Positions 30,156 to 41,106 are shown, counted from the first letter of the stretch. The stretch is 64,000 nt of DNA from Candidatus Poribacteria bacterium (GCA_963665235.2 CAXXLX010000002.1:416001-480000), one strand, 5' to 3'. Made by a program: numbers and translations. The notes: generated by a model not told the origin, from the letters alone.

Positions 30156-30944
30156 CTATTGCACAGGCACTCTCTCGATGTTCGCGCTCAGATAATCTAT
30201 AATCTCTTGTCGGTTTACTTCTAAACTCGGAAAATATACCTTGCACACATCATCGAAACGGGCGACTACCTGATGACCAGCAGCTTCCCGATTCTGGAAA
30301 ATACCCAGAGGACGAAACGGAATGTCCCACTGCTTAATATGTTGTAATTTGATTGTGGCATCACGGATTCTATCATTGTTGGCAAGGGCATATACAAAAA
30401 GCGGTTCAGGCATTCCATTGATGCGACAATCGACTGTATATTTTTTCGCCGCATCGTGTTTTGGATCGTGCCAGCCGAAAGCCCTGTCCGCTTCTGGAAC
30501 AACTTCATGGAACAGATCTTTGAAATCTGCCATAAATGTGGATTGTGGCCGTTCTTTCGACAAACACAACACGTCCCCCATCTTCACAAGTGCTTGGGCA
30601 AAAGCGTATAACGCATCACCAAAGCGCGCGTCTTTGACCTCAAGAATTAATTCTCCACAACGGTCTTCAACTTTAAACGTAGACCGAGCATTTGAAATAA
30701 TTCTCTCGCGTGTACCGCTGAATAATTTCCTCTCATCAATATCGTAGGTAAGGTGCATATAGGTATGCCCTCCGTCTGAGAGTAACCAACGTCCCTGTTC
30801 TTTTTTTAGAATAATGGCTAAGTGGTCACCGTCGTCAAACCGGAAAGGGGTAAACACGCGAAAACGGTCTTTGCCATCGGGTAAAACCCGAACCTTTGCC
30901 GAGACTTTATCAATAAAGTCTTGCTCTATAGATTTTATCGACAT
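30156..30944 (-). CDS. DUF1828 domain protein
   Basis: RVFTPFRFDDGDHLAI...LLSDGGHTYMHL. Confidence 0.8.
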   Translation of the reverse strand: MSIKSIEQDFIDKVSAKVRVLPDGKDRFRVFTPFRFDDGDHLAIILKKEQGRWLLSDGGHTYMHLTYDIDERKLFSGTRERIISNARSTFKVEDRCGELILEVKDARFGDALYAFAQALVKMGDVLCLSKERPQSTFMADFKDLFHEVVPEADRAFGWHDPKHDAAKKYTVDCRINGMPEPLFVYALANNDRIRDATIKLQHIKQWDIPFRPLGIFQNREAAGHQVVARFDDVCKVYFPSLEVNRQEIIDYLSANIERVPVQ

Positions 30945-30947
30945 TGC

Positions 30948-31429
30948 TTAGCCCTCCTCAAATAAGGTGTCTTGTAACGCATTAGGGTCTTCAAAATTTG
31001 CATCCGCAAAAAGACATTTCAAAGCACCGTTGACATCAGCATAACGTTGTGTTGGTTCGGCGTAAGCTTCTTCTTTTGGCCCGTTCACCTGATATCGCTC
31101 TGTCGCGGTGTGAATGTGAAAACCCGTGAATACTTCATTTTCAATTGGGTTGGTGTGTTCATGGTTACCGCCATTGTAGCGTCTAAGTAGAAAAATTTCT
31201 TCGGCGGTGGAACTATAACGCTTAAGATAACTGAAAAGTTCAATTCGTCGGAAACGCTCGTTCTGACAATAACTCGAAATTCGTTCCCCTCTTCTCCTGT
31301 TATATTCAGGATATATTCATTGCTTCCGCGATTGATTCTTTTTTTAAACTTGCTACCCCAATTGTCTGGTAACACTTTGCGCTCTTGTATAAACGCTTTG
31401 ATTTCTTGATCTGTAAATATTATACCCAT
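30948..31429 (-). pseudogene. Frameshifted partner gene upstream of DUF1828
   Basis: After PPPKKF the -1 frame reads LLRRYNGGNHEHTNPIENEVFTGFHIHTATERYQ...LFEEG, stopping at 30948, 3 nt before the DUF1828 ATG. Confidence 0.7.
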
Positions 31430-31612
31430 AATTTATTCAGATTTCAACCAAATTCTGATTCAGCCAGGAGCCGCGCGAAACACCAAGTGTCCCTAATCCG
31501 CGAAATCCGTGTAATCCGCGATAATCCGCGATTCTGACAACCGCACCCATCCTATTGAGGAGCTGCCGCACCACTTCCTGTTGATGGTCCACGTGCTCTT
31601 GTATAGCAGCAT

Positions 31613-31795
31613 TTATTCGCAGTTGGTTCCACGATTTCTAACTTCTTTCGGTGTTGAATTTATTGCCTCTTGAGCGCGCCTCTTTTGAATAGCCTTATCT
31701 ACTGCGCGTTCAATTTGGCGGATTGTGAGCTTCCCACGTTTGGGTGGGAATTTGATAGTTCTTTGTCTTGCCATGGGTATTCTCCCGCGACTCAA
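31613..31795 (-). CDS. Small basic hypothetical protein
   Basis: GGGAG RBS before MARQRTIKFPPKRGKLT. Confidence 0.4.
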   Translation of the reverse strand: MSRGRIPMARQRTIKFPPKRGKLTIRQIERAVDKAIQKRRAQEAINSTPKEVRNRGTNCE

Positions 31796-31917
31796 GGCAC
31801 GCGATACCTATAAACTGGCACCCTACTATTATTCGGAGCGAGCCCTATAAAATTGCCTAAACGTTGTTAAAAAGTTTACCATATTTTTGAAAAGAAATCA
31901 AATCAACGGAAAAGGAG

Positions 31918-32142
31918 GGGTGCGTAAAGTTTTTGTACAAAACCGGTGTAAATGTTACACTTTTGACACAAACGCTATCGATGGCTGGTCAGGTGGATTG
32001 CAAACGCACCGCTTTCCTCCGAAAAATGTTTTGGTTTTCTGTTATGTTAGTTGCCAATGGTTTGATTTTTCTTCAGAAAAAATATCGCAAGGACAAAAAC
32101 TTTACACGCCCGAATCGCAAGGACAAAAACTTTACACGTCCC
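31918..32142. mobile_element. MITE family D with duplicated right end
   Basis: Same TIRs as 12541; TSD GAAAAGGAG at 31909-31917 and 32143-32151; no family A insert. Confidence 0.8.
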
Positions 32143-32318
32143 GAAAAGGAGTGTGTAAAGTTTCTGTACAAGTTAATTTATTGATGCTTAGTATTTGGAA
32201 AACCAACGGTTCCCCACTCCTACAGCAAAACGCATTGTGCATCACACGCGTGTTCGTAGTAGGGCAATTTATTGCCCTACTACAAACAGTGCTCTGGACA
32301 CAAAAACCACGTAACCTT

Positions 32319-33461
32319 TCAATTCTCTTTAGGCTCCTCACTAGGCTTCACCAACCGCACGCGCCCCGTGAGCAGTTGCTGCATCATGCCCTGCTTGATG
32401 GCGCGGGTTTTGTCGCGACGCTGCTCCAACGCGGTAATCTCGGCATCCATGTCTGAGAGGACAGAGGCGATGGCTTGTTGTTCTTCGTAATCAGGAGCAT
32501 ATAATTTAAGATTTTGGTACTCGGATATGTAGTACCGTTTGTGGTTACCCAATGGAAAATCAATCAATTGCATCCGCTCAAACACATATTTGAGACTAAC
32601 ACGCTCATGTTTGGGATACAAAAGTTTGATTGCCGAAGACTTAACTTTGAAAGGAAATGTCGCGTACTTACTGTCTGTGGTAAAATCATCAAAAACGATA
32701 ACAGGAAAATTATGACAGATTCCAGAAACTTCGTCGGTATAACCAAGAATAAAAGCCTTATTCGCTGTCAAAACTGGAACATCCCCATTTTCCAAGTACT
32801 CAGTGGATTTAACGATGTAAGCATCTGGTCGTCTGTAGCTAAGTAAATTGCTAATCTCTGTTTTTTCCCACGCCCCGCTGAATCCGGGCAGGCGCGTTTT
32901 ACCGGTCAGCAGTTGCTGCATGGTAGCTTGCTTAATCGCCTGCTTCTTAGCGATGAGTGCCTCCAAGGCGTTGAGCAACCCATCCACATCTGATAACGCT
33001 TCGGCGATAGCGCGTTGTTCATCAATTTCTTGAGGCAAGTTTACCTCAATCTTGTTCATCTCAAACCTATTAAGCTTTGCACGCGTTCCACCAGACAAAT
33101 AAGGGAGTATATCCTTATGGACTAGTGAATAATACAAAAAGCCTTGGTCGTAATCAATTTTGGCTTTGAGAACGTGGGCGTGATTGTTGACCCAAATCTT
33201 TCCTTTCATCCGATAAGCGATTGGACGGTAGGAATATTCATCAAAATGTCCACCATCTTCAGCCATCAGAATTACGTCATCATCTATAACAAAATCATTC
33301 ACATAGTCAAGCACGCCATTTGCTCCACAATACGGGTAGGGTCCCGGCATGCCAGAGCGTTGTGCCTCATTCAATGGAATGCGGACGTTATCCAAACAAT
33401 CTGCAATCTGGTACAATTGTTTTGTTTCCCACTCACCGCTAAACCTTTGCTGATTACTCAT
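32319..33461 (-). CDS. hsdS: Type I restriction-modification specificity subunit
   Basis: Two TRDs separated by EQRAIAEALSDVD...KQATMQQLLTG conserved helices. Confidence 0.93.
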   Translation of the reverse strand: MSNQQRFSGEWETKQLYQIADCLDNVRIPLNEAQRSGMPGPYPYCGANGVLDYVNDFVIDDDVILMAEDGGHFDEYSYRPIAYRMKGKIWVNNHAHVLKAKIDYDQGFLYYSLVHKDILPYLSGGTRAKLNRFEMNKIEVNLPQEIDEQRAIAEALSDVDGLLNALEALIAKKQAIKQATMQQLLTGKTRLPGFSGAWEKTEISNLLSYRRPDAYIVKSTEYLENGDVPVLTANKAFILGYTDEVSGICHNFPVIVFDDFTTDSKYATFPFKVKSSAIKLLYPKHERVSLKYVFERMQLIDFPLGNHKRYYISEYQNLKLYAPDYEEQQAIASVLSDMDAEITALEQRRDKTRAIKQGMMQQLLTGRVRLVKPSEEPKEN

Positions 33462-35916
33462 CCCACGCCACCCCCATATTTAACAAATGTGCCTCTACCT
33501 TCGCACTAAACGTTTCCACATCACGCTCCAGATCCGGCAACGGCTGTGCATAACGTTCCTCCAGTTCCTGCACGCGTCCTGTCAAAGTTTGGATCACTCG
33601 CTGGATTTCACCTTCAATCGCTGATTGGATATTGGCGAACCATTTATCGTCAATTACGAGCTCCTTGATTTCCGTTTCGGTGAGAGTTGCGTACCGTGCT
33701 AACACCTGCTCATCCAGCGCGAGTTGAGCGGCTTTTACTGCCTTGTCCGCTTTAGATTTCGCCTCAATTAGCGATAAGCAGTGTTCCAGGGCATCGCGTT
33801 CTTCATCGCCGCCTTGGGTCCCGTTGTGTATCATCAGATTGGGTGTAAGTTCTTTGAGTCTTGCGCTTACAGTGGCCTTTGTGACGTTTCCACTGTCGTT
33901 AGTGGCATCGGTGAGCAACCCCTCCTCACCGGTGTGTTCCTCAATGTATTCCTCTAACGCACTCGCAGCAGTCACCTGTTTTGCCTGCAACATCTCAATA
34001 GCGTTTTGCTTATCGACAAAGTAGCGGGTGATTATCAACGATGGCGGAATCAGGTCCATCTTATATTTCTTGCTTTTGATAGTTAGGTCCGGGGTTTCCT
34101 TAACCTTTTTGTCCTGAATGAGGGGGCGCGGTTTCGCCGCTTCCATCCATCCGTTTGTCGCAATAAGATAGAGGTCGTCCTGCATCACCTCATCCCAATA
34201 GTCCATTAGCTTTTGATACACATCGTAGGCATCCAGCAGCGGGAGGTCACCAAATTGTTGTAGTAGGTCTTCCGATAAGGGACGAATGACCTCTCTAGGC
34301 TTGGTGCCGACATCAATCCCGTCCAGCATCGACTCATGCGTTTTCCGCCATGTTTCAAAGACATCCGTAACGCGCTGTTGGTAAACATTGAACTCACCAT
34401 GGGAGAGGATAGTCGTTTTTACCTGTTGTGTTTCCACTTTTGGGTCGCTGTACCCCGGTCTACCGTTGCCTTTAAACAGAGCATTGCGTAACGTAGGAAA
34501 AACGTTCCAATAGTCAGCAAGTGCGTCAATATCGGTGTCAGGAATTCCGCCGTTGAGGTGTGCGTTGAGGTCGTGCAGGTCTTCCGGTTCGCTGGTATCA
34601 ATATAGCGTGGTATGTTGAGGTTATAGTCGTTAGAAGGATCAGCAATTTCGGTCACTGGCACCATACGGGAGTAGCGTGGCAGTTCAGTCTGTTCATTGA
34701 ACACCGACACGATTTTATGTATGTCCTGTGCGCGAAGGCGGTTTTTGTTGCCATCCTTGAGAAAACCGTTGCTCGCGTCTATCATGAAGATACCTTTGCG
34801 GACATTGGCGTTCTCTTTGTCGATAACGAGAATACAGGCGGGGATGCCGGTCCCGTAGAAAAGATTAGCAGGTAAACCGATAATCCCCTTGATAAAACCG
34901 CGTTGGATGAGGTTTCTGCGGATGTCTGCCTCTCTGTTTCCGCGAAACAACACGCCGTGGGGCAAGATAATCGCGCCTTTTCCCTTACTCCGAAGCGATG
35001 CGATGAAGTGTAGCAGGAACGCGTAATCCCCGTTTCTTGCAGGTGGAACCCCGTACTCAAAACGGTTATAAATATCGTTATTTGGGTTGAGCCCGTTCGT
35101 CCACGCTTTGTCAGAAAAGGGTGGATTGGCAACAGCGAAGTCGAAGGTTCTGAGGGTGTTGTCTGTCCCTTTGAAGTAAGGTTCAGCGAGCGTATTGCCG
35201 TGCCATAGTTCAGCAGTGACGTTATCGTGGAGGATCATGTTCATCCGCGCGAGTGCGTGGGTTGCATTGTCTTTTTCTTGTCCATAGATGGTAAGTCCGC
35301 GGGGTGCCTCGTCGTCCGCCCTGAGTAGCAAGGAGCCGGAGCCGCAAGTGGGGTCATAAATAGTCTTGTCTTGGGAGGTGTTGGGTCCGATGCCGATTAC
35401 CTTCGCCATAATGCGTGAGACTTCAGCGGGTGTATAGAATTGCCCCTTGCTTTTGCCGGATTCGGTGGCGAAGTGCCGCATGAGATATTCGTAGGCATCG
35501 CCCAACAGATCATCCCCTTCAGCCCGGTTTGCGCTTAAGTCGAGGTCGTTAAAGATAGCAACCAGTTTGGAGAGTCTATCCTGCATCTCTTGTCCTCTGC
35601 CGAGTTTGCTATCATCGTTGAAATCCGCCTGATCGATAACACCTTTCAGTTCGTTTTCTTCCGCGAATTTACCGATAATTTTATTGATTTTGTCGCCGAT
35701 TTCCTTGTCCCCTATTAGTTGCACCATATCCGAGAAACTTCCGCCTTCAGGTGCCGTGATGAGTGCGTGGGGGTCGTTTTCGGTTTTGTCGGAGACGTAT
35801 TTCATGAACAGGAGCGTGAGGATGTAGTCTTTGTATTGTGAGGCATCCATACCCCCACGCAGCTCGTCGCAGCTTTGCCAGAGGGATGCGTAAAGTTGCG
35901 ATTTTTTTATTGCCAT
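33454..35916 (-). CDS. hsdM: Type I restriction-modification methyltransferase subunit
   Basis: GQFYTP, YDPTCGSGSLL, VANPPF, PHGVLFRG, YNLNIPRY. Confidence 0.96.
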   Translation of the reverse strand: MAIKKSQLYASLWQSCDELRGGMDASQYKDYILTLLFMKYVSDKTENDPHALITAPEGGSFSDMVQLIGDKEIGDKINKIIGKFAEENELKGVIDQADFNDDSKLGRGQEMQDRLSKLVAIFNDLDLSANRAEGDDLLGDAYEYLMRHFATESGKSKGQFYTPAEVSRIMAKVIGIGPNTSQDKTIYDPTCGSGSLLLRADDEAPRGLTIYGQEKDNATHALARMNMILHDNVTAELWHGNTLAEPYFKGTDNTLRTFDFAVANPPFSDKAWTNGLNPNNDIYNRFEYGVPPARNGDYAFLLHFIASLRSKGKGAIILPHGVLFRGNREADIRRNLIQRGFIKGIIGLPANLFYGTGIPACILVIDKENANVRKGIFMIDASNGFLKDGNKNRLRAQDIHKIVSVFNEQTELPRYSRMVPVTEIADPSNDYNLNIPRYIDTSEPEDLHDLNAHLNGGIPDTDIDALADYWNVFPTLRNALFKGNGRPGYSDPKVETQQVKTTILSHGEFNVYQQRVTDVFETWRKTHESMLDGIDVGTKPREVIRPLSEDLLQQFGDLPLLDAYDVYQKLMDYWDEVMQDDLYLIATNGWMEAAKPRPLIQDKKVKETPDLTIKSKKYKMDLIPPSLIITRYFVDKQNAIEMLQAKQVTAASALEEYIEEHTGEEGLLTDATNDSGNVTKATVSARLKELTPNLMIHNGTQGGDEERDALEHCLSLIEAKSKADKAVKAAQLALDEQVLARYATLTETEIKELVIDDKWFANIQSAIEGEIQRVIQTLTGRVQELEERYAQPLPDLERDVETFSAKVEAHLLNMGVAWDE

Positions 35917-36019
35917 CCGTGAATTCCTTTCTAATGAGACATAGCGAACTTTTCAAATTTTTATGTTCAAAAGTCTACTACAAATTAACACTTATGTCAA
36001 CACCTTTATTGACAGCGGG

Positions 36020-37241
36020 CAGGGCCATTTAGTTTTAAGAATTTTCATGTGATGAGGTTAACTGCGAGTTTAGGTTTTGAGGCGAAAGATCGTATTGTCT
36101 CGGTGATTTTCGTATAACCGGCAAATCGTAAGACTGCCAGTGCGGTGTCGTAAAGCTGCCATGACTTGGGGGATGCTGCCTGTTCTTGCTTTTGAGGCAT
36201 CCTCTCCTAAAACCACGTCTCGAACCCAGTGGGATTTGTTTTCTCGGTGTAGTTTTAGCAAGTCTTCCGCTGTTGCCTCTTCGGGCGACAAGTTATGATA
36301 CCATACTGGATAGAAGTTTCACATTCACCTGTTTTGGTATTGACGCGCTGCACTTTGTATTGATAGACTTGTGCAAGAAGACACGCTTGTGCTAGCTGTT
36401 AGGATGCGTGTGATGATAAATCCGCGTGTTTCTTCAACATCGGTGTGCGTTTGTAGGTGTGCCCCTGCTTGCGTGTGTGCGTTTTGAAGTCTGCGTGCTT
36501 GCACCTCGGGGGGGTCCGTCTCTACAAGGGGGGCAAAGACCCACACAATATCGATATACATCTGTTTCTGATTCTTTTTGACACGCAGCACATAATAGGC
36601 TTTCTGTTTGATAAGTTCTTTACAAAAAGCACGTTGGGTCAATAGAGCATCCGTTGTCACCACTTTTCCTTTGACATCAAACTTTTCCAGCAGTTCCCGG
36701 GAAATAGGTATTCATTGGTCTTGTGACTGACGGCACATTGTGCAAGGGTAACCCCTAACTCATGACAGACAGCGGAGAGTAAATGGGTTCGGCGGCCGGT
36801 GTCTATGTCTATGGAACCGCAGAGTTCTTTACCATCTATAGCAATGCCTTTCAAACCCGATCAAGAGCCGCAAGTTGTAAAGACACCCATTCGGTTAGGG
36901 CGGTTTCTAAACTTTCTAATCAAGATGCTTAAACATCGTGGCAGGACACGGGGCGGAAACCTAACGCTTCAACAGGTTCATTGCGGGCCCAGGTCGCTAT
37001 AGACGTATAACCTGTATGACCGCACAGAAAACCGATAATTAAGAGCACCAAAGGATGCGTTTGCCTTTTGCCTTGCGTGGATCTACAATTTGTGATAATA
37101 TACTGAGTAACATACTTCAACCTTCCTAAAAAAAAGGATTATTTTATTTACAGTGAAGTATAGCAGATGCAGCGAAAAAAGTCACGCTGCATCTGTCCAA
37201 ATCAAAATAATAACAGATATTCCTAAAACTAAATGGCCCTG
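36020..37241 (-). mobile_element. ISAs1-family IS with a transposase broken by several frameshifts
   Basis: TIR CAGGGCCATTTAGTTTTA; 10-bp TSD TGACAGCGGG; fragments IAIDGK, HLLSAV, VTTDALLTQ, VKKNQK, ENKSHWVRDVVLGED. Confidence 0.9.
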
Positions 37242-37248
37242 TGACAGC

Positions 37249-37849
37249 GGGTGTGTAGAGTTTTCGTACACCCATTTGTAGTAGGGCGATTCATCGCCCG
37301 TCGGGTTGTATAGGGCTCTGACGAACAATGAAGCGCACTACTAAAAATAACGTGAGCTTGATAATAAATGTCTGTTGGTTTCCCTAACCTCTATAAATAT
37401 ATCGTCCCTACGGGACTATGCGGGGACCTGAACCGCTGCTTCTATAAATATATCGTCCCTACGGGACTACACGGGGACCTGAACCGCTGCTTCTATAAAC
37501 ATATCGTCCTTGAGGAGCGGGCTGCTTACCCGAATACTGGGACTAATACCATTTTTATTAATTATTCTACCATTACCAGTTGTTAGAAATGAAACGGAGA
37601 ACGGAAGACCCAAACTGGAAGTTTATGCTACAAGAAAGAGACATTTTCAATTAGAAATGGTATAAGAATTAGACCGTGAACGTCTTTTTCTCTGTACTAA
37701 TCCGCGATTCAAATGACACAGACACGCTCATCATAATCACAAACCCGTGATGCCCATATCTCTTAAAATCCGTGAAATCCGTGTAATCCGCGATAATCCG
37801 CGATTCAGACAAAAAAGATGGGACATAAGTACAAAAACTTTACGCACTC
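37249..37849. mobile_element. Composite family D element containing REP units, a family B left part and a family A MITE
   Basis: Ends GGGTGTGTAGAGTTTTCGTAC / GTACAAAAACTTTACGCACTC; flanks ATTGACAGC (36008, before the ISAs1) and ATTGACACC (37850). Confidence 0.65.
37547..37662. mobile_element. MITE family A, 116 bp, 1 internal REP unit
   Basis: TAA TSD; TACC...GGTA ends. Confidence 0.85.
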
Positions 37850-37947
37850 ATTGACACCAGAAAATTTTCGTGCTATCATGCATTTTGTAGATAGCAATAT
37901 ATGTTTTAAAAGGCGACGGCATTTCCGCCCAAGCCGGGGAAAATTTC

Positions 37948-39129
37948 ATGAAGATAGCTGAAATTCAAAATGTATTAGGAACGTTAGGTCTAGATGCCTG
38001 GCTACTATACGATTTCCGGGGCATCAATCCCATTGCGCAGAACGTCGCAGGCTTAACAGGGAAAAACATTACACGCCGATGGTTTTGCCTTATTCCCGCT
38101 GAAGGTGAACCGCGCTGGTTAATCCATCGAATTGAAACATCAAATTTCGCCGATGTACCCGGGCACATCGCACACTACGCAGCGTGGCAGGAGCTTAACG
38201 AACAGATTGAAGTGCTACTCGCCGGGGTCAAATCGGTTGCGATGGAATATTCACCGAATGCCGAAATCCCCTATATCTCACGAGTAGATGCAGGCACCTT
38301 AGAGTGGATTCGCGGGTTTGCAGTGGAAATTCATTCCTCTGCAGCCCTAGCACAACACATCGAAGCACGCCTGAGTGAAGAGCAGTACATCGGACATCAA
38401 GAGGCTGCGCACTCCGTTTTGCAAGCGAAGGACTACGTGTTCAAATGGATTGGGGACAAACTGCGAGCAGGGACACCTATTACCGAATATGATGCACAAC
38501 AGATAATCCTCCAGCAATTTGGTGAGATGGAGCTGATAACGGAACACCCACCTATTGTTGCCGTCAATGCAAACAGCGGCGACCCGCATTATGCACCTAC
38601 GGCAACGCGCACCGACCCGATTAAAGCGGGGGATTTCATACTCATTGATTTGTGGGCGAAACAGAAAACCCCCGATGCTATCTTCGCTGATACCACATGG
38701 GTCGCTTATGCAGGAGCAACTGTCCCGGATAGATACGTTCAAATTTTTGAAATTGTCAGAGAGGCACGCGATAGGGCAGTAACGTTTATCCGTGAAAAAT
38801 GGGCAGCAGACGAACCGATACCCGGCTACGCTGTCGACGATTGTGTGCGTGGGTATATCACCGAAAAGGGGTACGGAGAATTTTTTATACACCGCACCGG
38901 GCACAATATCGGCACCGCTATTCACGGAAACGGGGTGAATTTGGATAACCTAGAGACACGGGACGCACGGGTGCTCATCCCCGGAATCTGTTTTTCAATT
39001 GAGCCGGGTATCTATCTTACCGCCTTCGGCGTGCGGACTGAGATTGATGTCTTCTTAACTGGTCCAGGGCGAGACGGCGTAAAGTTGACAACCTCCCCCG
39101 TTCAAAATCAGGTATTGCCTCTGCTGTAA
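37948..39129 (+). CDS. M24-family aminopeptidase (Xaa-Pro peptidase-like)
   Basis: PHY, LIDLWA, ADTT, HRTGH, FSIEPGIY, GVRTE. Confidence 0.9.
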   Translation: MKIAEIQNVLGTLGLDAWLLYDFRGINPIAQNVAGLTGKNITRRWFCLIPAEGEPRWLIHRIETSNFADVPGHIAHYAAWQELNEQIEVLLAGVKSVAMEYSPNAEIPYISRVDAGTLEWIRGFAVEIHSSAALAQHIEARLSEEQYIGHQEAAHSVLQAKDYVFKWIGDKLRAGTPITEYDAQQIILQQFGEMELITEHPPIVAVNANSGDPHYAPTATRTDPIKAGDFILIDLWAKQKTPDAIFADTTWVAYAGATVPDRYVQIFEIVREARDRAVTFIREKWAADEPIPGYAVDDCVRGYITEKGYGEFFIHRTGHNIGTAIHGNGVNLDNLETRDARVLIPGICFSIEPGIYLTAFGVRTEIDVFLTGPGRDGVKLTTSPVQNQVLPLL

Positions 39130-39868
39130 TCTTATAGTTCCGTTTTTTCAGATCCGCGAGAATATGGGCGAGGTATATCCGAGAATTCAGAATCCACTGA
39201 TCGGCGTAAGTTGTCGCAAGGATACGAAGGGCAGGAGCCAGCCGAGGGCCCTCAAGTAACCACTGCTCCGCATACTCGGCGTAGTCCTTATCCACCAGTC
39301 CCGCACTGCCGAGTGAATAGGTAACATACCTTTTGTCTGCACGTTGTTCATCTCGCACATCAAGGGCAGTTGTGAGACTTAAACGGCGCGCGCCATTAAT
39401 TTCAAAAACCCAAAAAAAGTAATCTTCATTGTGCCCGAGGTATCCGACCTCTACATCGAGGCGGTGGTTCACGTCAGTGGGAACGGCGTTCATCCCCATA
39501 TCCCGTTTTATCAAAATCGGATACACCGCTGAAAAGAGCATCTGTTCATATCCAAGCGGTTGATGGGCCCGATTGAGGATATCCAGCAGCATTTTCTGTT
39601 CTTCCGGTTTCTTGAGTTCTAGACAACTTTTTGAAAAGACCTCCTCCCGCAAAGTTTGCATTTCAGCGGTGGCATTTTCATGAAGCGGGTTGAGTTCACG
39701 GGCCAATTTTACAATACGGCGGCGTTTCGGTAAAGTACGCCAAAGTATCCAGTGTGCAAACGCCTGCCACGTCTCTCTTTGACGCAATTGTCCCAAAAAC
39801 GCCTCCGCCCCAATAAAAAAACGTTTAATCAGATTATCCGTTGCAAGGTCTCGTTGTTGATTTGCCAT
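39017..39868 (-). CDS. Hypothetical protein
   Basis: 283-aa ORF divergent from the tRNA; 3' end overlaps the M24 gene. Confidence 0.55.
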   Translation of the reverse strand: MANQQRDLATDNLIKRFFIGAEAFLGQLRQRETWQAFAHWILWRTLPKRRRIVKLARELNPLHENATAEMQTLREEVFSKSCLELKKPEEQKMLLDILNRAHQPLGYEQMLFSAVYPILIKRDMGMNAVPTDVNHRLDVEVGYLGHNEDYFFWVFEINGARRLSLTTALDVRDEQRADKRYVTYSLGSAGLVDKDYAEYAEQWLLEGPRLAPALRILATTYADQWILNSRIYLAHILADLKKRNYKITAEAIPDFERGRLSTLRRLALDQLRRHQSQSARRRR

Positions 39869-39942
39869 AATTTTTTGACTTTTCTCCCAAAATGTGTTAA
39901 TATATTACGTGTTTATTTTGAAATGATTTCAGAAAGACGCGC

Positions 39943-40027
39943 GCCGGAGTGGTGAAATCGGTAGACGCACTGGACTCAAAATCCAGCGGGCCCTAGGTCC
40001 ATGTCGGTTCGAGTCCGACCTCCGGCA
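39943..40027 (+). tRNA. tRNA-Leu(CAA)
   Basis: Acceptor GCCGGAG/CTCCGGC; anticodon arm CTGGA-CTCAAAA-TCCAG; long variable arm; GTTCGAGTCC; CCA not encoded. Confidence 0.95.
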
Positions 40028-40072
40028 TCGGGCGATGGTTTATATTTTGACCATCGCCTTCCGCTTTTGCGA

Positions 40073-40864
40073 CTACATCGCCACAATTTTCCGCATCCGT
40101 TCCGCAAGGTCAATCTGTGCTGCCCTGTCACCGCCAACCTCGTGAATCAGGTACCCGTCGTACCCTACCTCCCGAAACGCTGCCATGACCGCTGGCCAAT
40201 CTGTATCACCATCTAATAGGTTAACAAACCGATGCGACCCGCGTGAAAAATCCTTGAAGTGCACCCGCTTGATACGATGTCCCAGCTCGCGTATCCAGTG
40301 TTCAGGATACCCATAAGCCATCATATTCGCAGTATCCAGATAGGTGCCAACCCAGTCGCTTCCAACCTCGTCCACGATTTCGCGCATCTCTTTCGGACTA
40401 AGCAGGAATTTGTTCCATACGTTCTCCAGACCGATAGCAACCTTATGCGCCTCGGCTGATGGAGCAAGCTCTTTCAGAATACCGACGAGGTTATCCCATA
40501 CCACTTGATATGTCCCCTCAACTGTCAATTGACCGGGGTGCAATAAAATGCCCCCGACTCCGAGTGCACCAGCAACCTCCAACCCGCGCGATAATGAAAT
40601 CGCACCATTTTTTCGCTGCTCCGCATCGAGACTGAGCAGATTCCCACGGTTTGAATACCCCGCAGTGATACTACCGATTTCAACACCAGCAGCCTTGCAC
40701 TTCGCAGCAATTCCGTGCAGCTCCGAATCGCTCATATTAATGTCTGTATCCTTCCCCTCACCGAAGGTGAGTTCAACCGCCTCATAGCCAGCGTCCTGAC
40801 AAAGTGCCAACGTATCGTCTAAGGACATATTTCCAAGGATAATTTGCGTAACGCCTATCTTCAT
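40073..40864 (-). CDS. Sugar phosphate isomerase/epimerase
   Basis: LENVWNKFLLSP, YLDTAN, VHFKDF, YLIHE. Confidence 0.88.
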   Translation of the reverse strand: MKIGVTQIILGNMSLDDTLALCQDAGYEAVELTFGEGKDTDINMSDSELHGIAAKCKAAGVEIGSITAGYSNRGNLLSLDAEQRKNGAISLSRGLEVAGALGVGGILLHPGQLTVEGTYQVVWDNLVGILKELAPSAEAHKVAIGLENVWNKFLLSPKEMREIVDEVGSDWVGTYLDTANMMAYGYPEHWIRELGHRIKRVHFKDFSRGSHRFVNLLDGDTDWPAVMAAFREVGYDGYLIHEVGGDRAAQIDLAERMRKIVAM

Positions 40865-41106
40865 TATTTCTCCTTTTCAGTATAAAACTGTGTCGATGTC
40901 AACGCCTCTATGCAGAGGTAGCGGCATTCAAGACATTGTGGGCACCGCAGCTCGACATAGTAGGCATCGTTAAACACACCGTCAATCCAGTTTGAAGGAA
41001 CACTTCGGGGTGTTCCCAAAAATTGGTCAAGTACTTCATATTCGCGGTTACAATCCGGACATATTTGCAAGTCGTGTCCGATATCAATTTGATTTAGCCA
41101 CCCCAT
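40864..41106 (-). CDS. Small Cys-rich zinc-ribbon-like protein
   Basis: CPDC...CPQC; lies in operon between hflX and the epimerase. Confidence 0.55.
   Translation of the reverse strand: MGWLNQIDIGHDLQICPDCNREYEVLDQFLGTPRSVPSNWIDGVFNDAYYVELRCPQCLECRYLCIEALTSTQFYTEKEK

Noticed and set aside
39017-39129. 113-bp convergent overlap as a functional antisense pair
   Set aside because: More simply a lost stop codon extending the hypothetical ORF; no supporting evidence
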